Shown here: piece by piece, positions 15,780 to 23,415 of the stretch | Position numbering within the stretch: the stretch's first letter is position 1 | Layout of the letters: the number at the start of each line of letters is the position of its first letter | Assembly (NCBI GenBank): GCA_963704335.1 | Contig: OY969889.1 | Location: 1,481,745 to 1,545,744, forward strand | Direction: 5' to 3' | DNA: 64,000 bases | From: an uncultured Actinomycetes bacterium | GTDB taxonomy: Bacteria; Actinomycetota; Thermoleophilia; Gaiellales; Gaiellaceae | The notes under the pieces: generated by a model | What the model was told of the DNA's origin: nothing | The model's database searches: none | The model's input: the letters and a program-made list of their open reading frames with translations, nothing else | Made by a program: the position numbers and the translations under genes

Positions 15780-17114
15780 CTAAGGGACAAAGCGGCTTGC
15801 CTGGGCGCGGTGCTCGCGGGCGATGTCGTCCTCTTCGGCCTTGACCAAGCGGCCGTCGCGGACGACGTCTTCACCGCCGACGAGCAGCCGGTCGACGCGG
15901 TGAGGGCCAGAGAGGACGAGCCCGGCGAGACGATCCTCGGCGCCGCCCAGCTCGAGACCATCCGTGCGCCACACGGCGAGATCCGCGCACTTTCCAGCTT
16001 CGATGGAGCCGATGTCGTCTCGTCCGAGCACGGCCGCGGCGCCTCGCGTCGCCAGTCGTAGCGCCTCCCGGCACGTCATCGCCCCAGGTCCGCCGCGGCC
16101 GCGCGCGACGAGCAGCGCCTGCTTGACCTCGAAGAAGAGGTCGGAGCGCTCGTTCGACGCCGAGCCGTCGACGCCCAGCCCCACCCGTACGCCCGCGTCG
16201 AGCAGTTCCCGGACGGGCGCTACGCCCGCTCCCAGCCGCAGGTTGGAGGTGGGGCAGTGCGCGACACCGACTCCTGCATCCGCAAACGTCTTGACGTCGG
16301 CCGGCGAGAGATGGACGCAGTGCGCGCACCACACGTCGTCGGCCGTCCATCCGAGCTCGGCGAGGTACTCGACCGGCGTGCAGCCGTAGAGCTCTCGGCA
16401 GTACGCGTCCTCCTCCACCGTCTCGGCCAGATGCGTGTGGAGCTGCAAGCCGAGCCGCCGCGCCAGCGCCGCCGAGTCGGCCATCAGCTGCCGGGTGACG
16501 GAGAACGGCGAGCAGGGCGCCACCGCGATCTGCACCATCGCGCCGCGGCCCGGCTCGTGGAGGCGCGCAGCAAGCTCCTCGGTCGCCGCCAGTACCGCAT
16601 CCGCCTCCTCCACGACCGAGTCCGGCGGTAGCCCGCCCGCCGACTCGCCGAGATCCATCGACCCGCGCGAGGCGACGATGCGCACGCCGAGCTCGCGGGC
16701 GGCCTGCACCTCGGCCTCGACGAGCCCGCTCGTCCCACGCGGAAAGAGGTAGTGGTGATCGAAGACAGTCGTGCACCCGGACAACGCAAGCTCCGCCAGC
16801 CCCGTCCGTGCGGCCGCGTACTCCGCCTCGTCGTCGAGGCGCGCCCAGACGGGATAGAGCTCACGCAGCCATGTGAAGAGGTCGGCCTCCTGCGCCCTCG
16901 CCCGCGTCAGCGTCTGGAAGAGATGGTGGTGCGTGTTGACGAGCCCCGGGGTGACGACCGCGCCGCCGAGATCGACCACCTGGTCCGCCTCCGGCGGCGC
17001 CCCCGCGCCGACCCCAGCGACCGCGTCGCCGTCGACCAGCACCCACCCCGACTCGTGCTCCGTGCCCGCGTCGTCCATCGTCACGATCCACCCGTTAGCG
17101 AGCAGCCGGCGCAT
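15780..17114 (-). CDS. amidohydrolase-superfamily deaminase, 8-oxoguanine/guanine-deaminase-like
   Basis: MRRLLANGWIVTMDD...VVTPGLVNTHHHLFQTLTR...HLAET..E...VHCVHL...PTSNLRLG: metal-binding HxH plus the downstream H/H/D pattern of cytosine/guanine-deaminase-type amidohydrolases. Confidence 0.8.
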   Translation of the reverse strand: MRRLLANGWIVTMDDAGTEHESGWVLVDGDAVAGVGAGAPPEADQVVDLGGAVVTPGLVNTHHHLFQTLTRARAQEADLFTWLRELYPVWARLDDEAEYAAARTGLAELALSGCTTVFDHHYLFPRGTSGLVEAEVQAARELGVRIVASRGSMDLGESAGGLPPDSVVEEADAVLAATEELAARLHEPGRGAMVQIAVAPCSPFSVTRQLMADSAALARRLGLQLHTHLAETVEEDAYCRELYGCTPVEYLAELGWTADDVWCAHCVHLSPADVKTFADAGVGVAHCPTSNLRLGAGVAPVRELLDAGVRVGLGVDGSASNERSDLFFEVKQALLVARGRGGPGAMTCREALRLATRGAAAVLGRDDIGSIEAGKCADLAVWRTDGLELGGAEDRLAGLVLSGPHRVDRLLVGGEDVVRDGRLVKAEEDDIAREHRAQASRFVP

Positions 17115-17181
17115 GTCGCGCGCACCCTACTAAGGTCGTATAGTCGAGCCTCGGTTTCGGTGGACGATCGGGAGGGTGACG

Positions 17182-18303
17182 ATGGAGAGGAAGCGCTTTG
17201 CGGTGGGTACGGCCGTGCTCGCCGCAATAGGGGCGGCGTTGGTGTTCGCCGCCGCGGGCTCGGGCGCGAAGTCGGCGCCGTACAAGGTTGCCTGGATCTA
17301 TCCGGGCCCGCACAACGACGGTGGCTGGTCGCAGTCGCACGACGAGGGCCGCCTGTACGCGCAGAAGAAGCTGGGCAGCGCGAAGGTCGAGACGACGTAC
17401 AAGGAGAACGTTTTCTCGAACGCCAACGTGCCGCAGGTCGTGGCCGGGCTCGCTCGCGAGGGCTACCAGATGATCTACGGCGCCTCGTTCGGCATGTTCG
17501 AGAACGGGGTCAACGGCCAGCTCTACCGCAAGTACCCGGACATCAAGTTCGAGCAGGCGACGGGGCTGCAGATCAAGCAGAACCAATCCGAGTACTTCGG
17601 CGCAGGTGAGGACACGATCTACCTCTCCGGCATCGCTGCCGGAGCCGCGTCCAAGAAGGGCCTGATCGGCTACGTCGTGCCGTTCGGCATCCCCGAGGTA
17701 GTGCGCCACATCAACGCCTTCGCCCTCGGCGCGCAGGTCGCGAACCCCAAGGCCAAGGTGAGGCTGATCTGGACGAACTCGTGGTACTCGCCGCCCAAGG
17801 AGACGGCTGCGGCACAGAGCCTGATCTCCGCGGGCGTCGATGTGCTCGGCCAGAACGTGGACAGCCCCGCGGCCGGCGTCGTGGCCGAGAAGTCGGGCAT
17901 CCCGTGGGTCGGCTACGACTCGGACGCCCGCAAGGTGGCACCGAAGCAGTGGCTCACGGCTGCGGTCTACAACTGGGGGCCGTACTACCTCCGCCGGATC
18001 CAGGCGGCTATCAACGGGAAGTGGAAGGCCGGCTTCTACTACGGGACGATCAAGGATGGCTTCACGGGGCTGGCACCGTACGGGCCCAAGGTGAGCGCGA
18101 AGACGAAGGCGCTGATCGCAGCGAAGCGGAAGGCGATCGTCTCGGGCAAGTTCAGCGTCTTCCAGGGGCCCCTTTACGACCAGAAGGGCAAGCTGGTGGT
18201 GCGAAAGGGGAAGACCCTGAAGGTGCTGCCCGACCTCTACGCGATGCAATGGCTCGTCAAGGGCGTGGTCGGGAAGGTCTCGAGCGTCCTGCCGCCAGGC
18301 TAG
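17182..18303 (+). CDS. BMP-family (PnrA-like) ABC transporter substrate-binding lipoprotein, nucleoside/purine type
   Basis: GGGAGG lies 6 nt before ATG 17182. Signal-like N-terminus, then KVAWIYPGPHNDGGWSQSHDEG...; family pattern GY..P.GIPEV. Confidence 0.85.
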   Translation: MERKRFAVGTAVLAAIGAALVFAAAGSGAKSAPYKVAWIYPGPHNDGGWSQSHDEGRLYAQKKLGSAKVETTYKENVFSNANVPQVVAGLAREGYQMIYGASFGMFENGVNGQLYRKYPDIKFEQATGLQIKQNQSEYFGAGEDTIYLSGIAAGAASKKGLIGYVVPFGIPEVVRHINAFALGAQVANPKAKVRLIWTNSWYSPPKETAAAQSLISAGVDVLGQNVDSPAAGVVAEKSGIPWVGYDSDARKVAPKQWLTAAVYNWGPYYLRRIQAAINGKWKAGFYYGTIKDGFTGLAPYGPKVSAKTKALIAAKRKAIVSGKFSVFQGPLYDQKGKLVVRKGKTLKVLPDLYAMQWLVKGVVGKVSSVLPPG

Positions 18304-18334
18304 GTCGTTGGGGGAGTCAGTCCCCGTTCGCCCA

Positions 18335-19888
18335 GTGAGTGAGAGAGGCGCCGGCGAATCCGGCGTCTCTCCGCCTCTTGCCGTACGGATGCGGGGCATC
18401 ACGAAGCGGTTTCCCGGCGTCGTCGCCAACGAGGATGCCCACTTCGAGGCTCGCGTTGGCGAGGTGCACGCCCTGCTCGGAGAGAACGGCGCGGGCAAGA
18501 CGACGCTCTCCAACATCCTGACCGGGCTCTACCGGCCGGACGACGGTGACATCGACCTGTACGGCGAGCCCGTGCACTTCCACTCGCCTCGGGACGCGAT
18601 CGACGCGGGCATCGGCATGGTGCACCAGCACTTCCGGCTCGTCGATCCCTTCACGGTCGCCGAGAACGTCGTGCTCGGCGACCACCGCGGTGAGGGCCGC
18701 CGCTTCTTCGTCCATCCTCCCGCGATCGAGCGGCGCATCACCGAGCTGGGCGAGACCTACGGCCTCGCGGTCGATCCCTCGGCGCGCATCTGGCAGCTCT
18801 CGATCGGCGAGCAGCAGCGGGTCGAGATCCTGAAGGCGCTCTACCGGGATGCCCGAGTGCTGATCATGGACGAGCCGACCGCGGTGCTCACGCCCCAGGA
18901 GGCGACTGCCCTGTTCGAGACGCTGCGCTCGATGGCCGCCGAGGGGAAGACCGTCATCTTCATCTCGCACAAGCTCCACGAGGTGATGGCCGTCGCCGAC
19001 CGCGTGACCGTGCTGCGCGGCGGACGTACCGTGGCGACGGTCGACATCGCCGACGCCTCCCCTCGCTCGCTGGCGGCGCTGATGGTGGGGCGCGAGGTCG
19101 AGGGCTCGAGCAGGCAGGTGCCCGAGCACACGCCCGGAGCCGTCGCGCTCGAGCTCGAAGGCGTGAGCGCTCACGGCGATCGCGGCGGAGATGCCCTGCG
19201 AGACGTCACGCTCCGCGTGCGCGCCGGGGAGATCGTGGGCGTCGCCGGAGTGGCGGGCAACGGCCAGCGGGAGCTGGCCGAGACCGTATCCGGCATGCGT
19301 GCGCCTTCGGCGGGCACCGTGCAGGTGGCCGGCCGGCGGCTGCGAGGAGGCGATCCGCGCTCCGCGATTGCCGCCGGCGTCGCGCACGTCCCCGAGGACC
19401 GGCTGGGAACCGGGCTCGCGCCGAGCCTGACCATCACGCGCAACGCGGTGCTGAAGACGTACCGCTCGCCGCCCGTGTCGAGCGGGCCGCTCCTGCGGCT
19501 GCGGCGGATGGCGGAGATCGCGCGCACGCTGATCACGCGCTACGACGTCAAGGCGCCGGGACCCGATACGCCCGTCCGCAACCTGTCGGGAGGAAACCTC
19601 CAGAAGCTCGTGCTCGGGCGCGAGTTCCAGGGCGAGCCGGCCGTGCTCATCGCGGCGCAGCCCACGCGCGGCCTCGACGTCGGCGCGATCGAGACCGTCC
19701 ATGCCTATCTCCGCGAGGCAGCCGCCGAAGGCGTAGCCGTGCTAGTGATCAGCGAGGACCTCGACGAGATCCTCGCCCTCGCCGACCGCGTCGCGGTGAT
19801 GTACGAAGGCGCGGTCGTCGCCGAGCTCGACGCCTCGGCGGCCACGCCCGAGGAGATTGGGTTCCTCATGGCCGGCGGAAAGCGCTGA
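18335..19888 (+). CDS. ABC transporter ATP-binding protein with duplicated ATPase domains
   Basis: Walker A GENGAGKTT, signature LSIGEQQRVEI, Walker B LIMDEPT. Second domain LSGGNLQKLVL / ISEDLDE. Start uncertain (GTG 18335 or TTG 18308). Confidence 0.9.
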   Translation: MSERGAGESGVSPPLAVRMRGITKRFPGVVANEDAHFEARVGEVHALLGENGAGKTTLSNILTGLYRPDDGDIDLYGEPVHFHSPRDAIDAGIGMVHQHFRLVDPFTVAENVVLGDHRGEGRRFFVHPPAIERRITELGETYGLAVDPSARIWQLSIGEQQRVEILKALYRDARVLIMDEPTAVLTPQEATALFETLRSMAAEGKTVIFISHKLHEVMAVADRVTVLRGGRTVATVDIADASPRSLAALMVGREVEGSSRQVPEHTPGAVALELEGVSAHGDRGGDALRDVTLRVRAGEIVGVAGVAGNGQRELAETVSGMRAPSAGTVQVAGRRLRGGDPRSAIAAGVAHVPEDRLGTGLAPSLTITRNAVLKTYRSPPVSSGPLLRLRRMAEIARTLITRYDVKAPGPDTPVRNLSGGNLQKLVLGREFQGEPAVLIAAQPTRGLDVGAIETVHAYLREAAAEGVAVLVISEDLDEILALADRVAVMYEGAVVAELDASAATPEEIGFLMAGGKR

Positions 19889-20057
19889 TGCGCTCCCTCA
19901 CGTTCCTGGGGCGTCGCTGGCAAAGGAGGCAAGCGAGTGGCGCGCAGGACAGTACTCAGTACGGTCAAGCGCCGCGAGCGCAGCATCCTGCCGCCAGCGA
20001 CGTCACCCTTCGGCGGAGCGTGGCTCCGCCACGCGGGAGCCGAAGGGGGCCAGGGAC

Positions 20058-21185
20058 GTGAGGATAGAGAGACGGCTCGATCAGCCGTGGTGGCTGTCGG
20101 TCGTCGTGCCCGTCGGGTCGCTCGTCGTGGCCTTCGGCGTGATGGCGGTGGTGCTGGCAGCGACCGGCCACGACCCGTGGGACACGTATCACCGGATGAT
20201 CGAAGCCGGCTTCACGGGCAACGGCGCGTTTTCCGCGACGCTCATCTCCGCGACGCCGATCCTGTTCACCGGGCTCGCCGCTGCAGTCGCCTTCCGGATG
20301 CAGCTGTTCAACATCGGCGCCGAGGGCCAGCTCTATCTCGGCGCGGTCGGCGCGTCCTGGATCGCGCTGCAGCTCGGCGACCGCGACGCCACGTCGACGC
20401 CGCTCTTCGTCCTGCTCATGTGCGTGGCGGGGGGAGTGGGTGGCGCGCTCTGGGCGCTCATCCCGGGCGTCCTGCGGGCGTTCGCCCGGACGAACGAGAT
20501 CATCACCTCGCTCATGCTCAATTACGTCGCGGGACTGCTGCTGACGTACCTCATCTTCGACAGCGCCTCGTACTGGCGTGACACATCGACCCTTCAGGCG
20601 CGGGCGTTCCCGCAGGGCAAGCCGATGCCCATCGAGTCCGACTGGCCGACCTTCGGGTCGAGCCTCGTCGTCCCGCTCGGCTTCCTGATCGGCATCGGAG
20701 CAGCAGTCGTCCTCTGGGGCCTGTACTCGCGGACGCGCTTCGGTTTCGAGGTCGGCGTGATCGCCGATTCGCCGCGCGCGGCGCGCTATGCAGGCATGCG
20801 CACGCGTCGCAAGATCCTGGCCGTCATGGGCATCTCCGGCGCCGTAGCCGGCATCGGTGGCGCGAGCCAGATCGGTGACTTCACGCACACGCTCGACGGC
20901 AGCCCCAGTGGGATGCAGGCGGCTGCCTTCGGCTACACGGGGATCGTCGTCGCGGCTCTGGCGCGCTACAACCCGTTCGCGGTGTGTCTCGTCGCCGTCC
21001 TGATCGGCGGGCTCCAGAACGCCGGCTTCACCCTCCAGGGGGTCGACTTCCCGTCCGGGCTCGTCGGCGTCATGCAGGGGATCATCCTGTTCTGCGCGCT
21101 CGGCGGTGAGCTGCTCGTTCGCTACCGGGTCCGGCTCGCCCGGACGCGCCGGTCGTCCGGGCCGGCTACGGAGCCTGCGGCATGA
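20058..21185 (+). CDS. ABC transporter permease (BMP/nucleoside system, subunit 1)
   Basis: GTG 20058 gives VRIERRLDQPWWLSVVVPVGSLVVAFGVMAV.... Motif FNIGAEGQLYLGA. The in-frame sequence upstream is not protein-like. Confidence 0.85.
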   Translation: MRIERRLDQPWWLSVVVPVGSLVVAFGVMAVVLAATGHDPWDTYHRMIEAGFTGNGAFSATLISATPILFTGLAAAVAFRMQLFNIGAEGQLYLGAVGASWIALQLGDRDATSTPLFVLLMCVAGGVGGALWALIPGVLRAFARTNEIITSLMLNYVAGLLLTYLIFDSASYWRDTSTLQARAFPQGKPMPIESDWPTFGSSLVVPLGFLIGIGAAVVLWGLYSRTRFGFEVGVIADSPRAARYAGMRTRRKILAVMGISGAVAGIGGASQIGDFTHTLDGSPSGMQAAAFGYTGIVVAALARYNPFAVCLVAVLIGGLQNAGFTLQGVDFPSGLVGVMQGIILFCALGGELLVRYRVRLARTRRSSGPATEPAA

Positions 21186-22153
21186 GCATCAACGACAGCC
21201 TGTTGGTGTTCGTGCTGGCGCAGGCCGTGCTCTACGGCACACCACTCCTGTACGCGGCGCTCGGCGAGCTGTTGGCGGAACGATCCGGGGTGCTCAACCT
21301 CGGGGTGGAAGGGATGATGCTGTTCGGCGCGGCAGTCGGCTTCTGGGCCACCCAGCGGGTTGACGGCGCGAACGCCGTCGTGCTCTGCGCGGCCGTCGTC
21401 GCCGCGGGAGCGGCCGGCGCAGCGATGGCGGCGATCCACGCCTTTCTCACCGTCACGCTGCGCGCGAGCCAGATCGTCTCGGGCCTCGCGCTCACGATCT
21501 TCGCCGGCGGACTCGGGTTGTCGGCGTACTTCGGCACCGAGCTCCACCTCGCCGACCTGCCGCCCACGCACCAGTTCGGCTCGCTCGACGTCTTCGGCCT
21601 CGGCGACCTCTGGGTGTTTGGCCCGATCCTCTTCGACCAGTCGGCACTCGTCTACGGGTCGTGGGCGCTGACTGCGGCCGTCGCCCTGTACCTCACGCGG
21701 ACTCGCTGGGGCTTGAACGTGCGCGCGGTGGGCGAGTCGCCGGCTACGGCGGACGCGATGGGAATCAACGTGACGCTCTATCGCTACGTTCACGTCATCG
21801 TGGGAGGAGCCCTCGCCGGCGTCGGCGGTGCGTGCTACAGCCTGTCGATCACGGCCGGCTGGTCGGCCGGCGACACACTCGTTGGCGGCGCGGGGTGGAT
21901 CGCCATTGCGCTCGTCATCTTCGCGTTCTGGCGTGCCGAGCTCTGCCTCGTCGGCGCGTATCTCTTCGGCGGCCTGTCGGCCTTGCCTTTCGCACTGCAG
22001 GCCCACGGCGTGCAGGTGACCCCCGAGCTGCTCCAGGCGCTGCCGTACGTGATGACGATCGTCGTGCTCGTCCTCGTCTCGACGGGCTTCGCGAAGCGTC
22101 GCGTGGGCGCGCCGGCGGCGCTCGGCGTACCGTACGTGCGCGAGGAGCGCTAG
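21182..22153 (+). CDS. ABC transporter permease (subunit 2)
   Basis: ATGA overlap with the preceding gene. ...LGELLAERSGVLNLGVEGMMLFGA... is typical of this permease family. Confidence 0.88.
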   Translation: MSINDSLLVFVLAQAVLYGTPLLYAALGELLAERSGVLNLGVEGMMLFGAAVGFWATQRVDGANAVVLCAAVVAAGAAGAAMAAIHAFLTVTLRASQIVSGLALTIFAGGLGLSAYFGTELHLADLPPTHQFGSLDVFGLGDLWVFGPILFDQSALVYGSWALTAAVALYLTRTRWGLNVRAVGESPATADAMGINVTLYRYVHVIVGGALAGVGGACYSLSITAGWSAGDTLVGGAGWIAIALVIFAFWRAELCLVGAYLFGGLSALPFALQAHGVQVTPELLQALPYVMTIVVLVLVSTGFAKRRVGAPAALGVPYVREER

Positions 22154-22162
22154 AACTTCGGG

Positions 22163-22960
22163 ATGGAGGTGCTGAAGCCGCGCACGCTGGCTGAGGCGCT
22201 CGTGCTGCGCGCCGCGCACCCGGGCGCGCTCGCGATCCGCGGCGGCACCGACGTCATGGTCGAGCTCAACTTCGACCGTGCGAGGCCCGAGGCGATCCTG
22301 GACCTCGGCGAGGTGGCGGAGCTCGGAGGCTGGTCGCGCGAGGACGGAATGCTGCGTCTGGGTGCCGGCCTTACGTATGCGGAGATCGAGCACGGCGAGC
22401 TGGCACCGGAGCTGCCTGCGCTGGCGGAGGCGTCGCGAACGGTCGGCTCTCCCCAGATCCGCAACCGCGGCACTCTCGGCGGCAACCTCGGTACGGCGTC
22501 TCCCGCCGGCGATGCACTGCCGCCTCTGCTCGTCGACGAGGCTCAGGTGGAGCTCGCCAGCGCGGCGCGCGGCCCGCGGCAGATGGCGATTCGCGAATTC
22601 CTGCTCGGCCCGAAGCGCAACGCCCTCGAGGAAGACGAGCTGATCGTGGCGGTGCTGGTGCGACCCTCCGGCACCGCGCAGACGTTCATGAAGGTAGGCC
22701 CGCGGAACGCGATGGTGATCGCCGTCTGCTCGCTCGCAGTCGCGGCCGATCGGGAGCGTGGCGAGATCCGGGCGTCGTTCGGGTCGGCCGGTCCCGTACC
22801 CGGCTTCGTGCGCGTGCCGCTGGACGAGGCGCGCACCCTCCCCGAGGCTGTGGCAGCCGCCTGCTCGCCGATCGACGACGTGCGCGGAACGGCCGCCTAT
22901 CGGCGCCATGCGCTCGGTGTTCTCGCCGGCCGCGCCGTCGCGAGGTGCCTGGCGGCATGA
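22163..22960 (+). CDS. xanthine dehydrogenase family, FAD-binding subunit
   Basis: MEVLKPRTLAEALVLRAAHPGALAIRGGTDVMVELNF...VGSPQIRNRGTLGGNLGTASPAGD is the FAD-binding molybdopterin dehydrogenase pattern. Confidence 0.88.
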   Translation: MEVLKPRTLAEALVLRAAHPGALAIRGGTDVMVELNFDRARPEAILDLGEVAELGGWSREDGMLRLGAGLTYAEIEHGELAPELPALAEASRTVGSPQIRNRGTLGGNLGTASPAGDALPPLLVDEAQVELASAARGPRQMAIREFLLGPKRNALEEDELIVAVLVRPSGTAQTFMKVGPRNAMVIAVCSLAVAADRERGEIRASFGSAGPVPGFVRVPLDEARTLPEAVAAACSPIDDVRGTAAYRRHALGVLAGRAVARCLAA

Positions 22961-23415
22961 GGATCGAGGTCATCGTCAACGGCGCACGGTTGGAGGCCGA
23001 CGTCTGGCCGGGCGAGAGCCTGCTCTTCACGCTCCGCGAGCACATGGGGCTGCCCGGCTCGAAGAACGCGTGCGAGCAAGGTGAGTGCGGATCGTGCTCG
23101 GTGCTGCTCGACGGAAAGCTCGTGTGCTCGTGCCTCGTGCTGTCTGCGCAGGCCGACGGGCACGAGGTCGTCACGGTGGAGGGGCTGGGGGACGCCGACG
23201 CGCTGCATCCCGTGCAGGCCGCCTTCGTCGAGGCGGGGGCGGTGCAGTGCGGGTTCTGCACGCCGGGGCTCGTTGTGGCGGCGGCCGACCTCATCGCCCG
23301 CACGCCCGGCCCGTCGGAGGACGACATCCGCGAGGCTCTCTCCGGCAACATCTGCCGCTGCACCGGCTATCAGAAGATCGTGGACGCGGTGAAGCTGGCC
23401 GCGGAGCGCACATGA
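22957..23415 (+). CDS. xanthine dehydrogenase family, [2Fe-2S] subunit
   Basis: ATGA overlap. MRIEVIVNG...GSKNACEQGECGSCSVLLDG..V.SCL...VQCGFCTPG...CRCTGYQKI: both 2Fe-2S cysteine clusters are present. Confidence 0.92.
   Translation: MRIEVIVNGARLEADVWPGESLLFTLREHMGLPGSKNACEQGECGSCSVLLDGKLVCSCLVLSAQADGHEVVTVEGLGDADALHPVQAAFVEAGAVQCGFCTPGLVVAAADLIARTPGPSEDDIREALSGNICRCTGYQKIVDAVKLAAERT

Noticed and set aside
17115-17181. Possible purine riboswitch upstream of the BMP-type binding protein (a TATA..GTTTC.. string in the 61-nt divergent spacer).
   Set aside because: The spacer is too short for a three-way-junction aptamer. The putative P2 would have a 1-nt loop, and no P1/P3 pairing can be drawn.
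19937-20581. 214-codon ORF starting at GTG 19937 behind a perfect SD.
   Set aside because: Beyond the spacer it runs out of frame through the permease gene and is Arg-rich. Only its first about 40 codons (a possible leader peptide) are considered, under the spacer finding.
21122-22909. Very long ORFs antisense to, or out of frame with, the genes I called. Examples: 21122-22909 (595 aa), 28360-30168 (602 aa), 40505-42043 (512 aa), 57419-59632 (737 aa), 59648-61099 (483 aa), 61602-63611 (669 aa).
   Set aside because: Their translations are dominated by Arg/Ala/Pro/Gly/Asp runs with no recognisable motifs. Each overlaps a gene on another frame that has clear family signatures. They are the usual stop-codon-poor shadow ORFs of GC-rich DNA.
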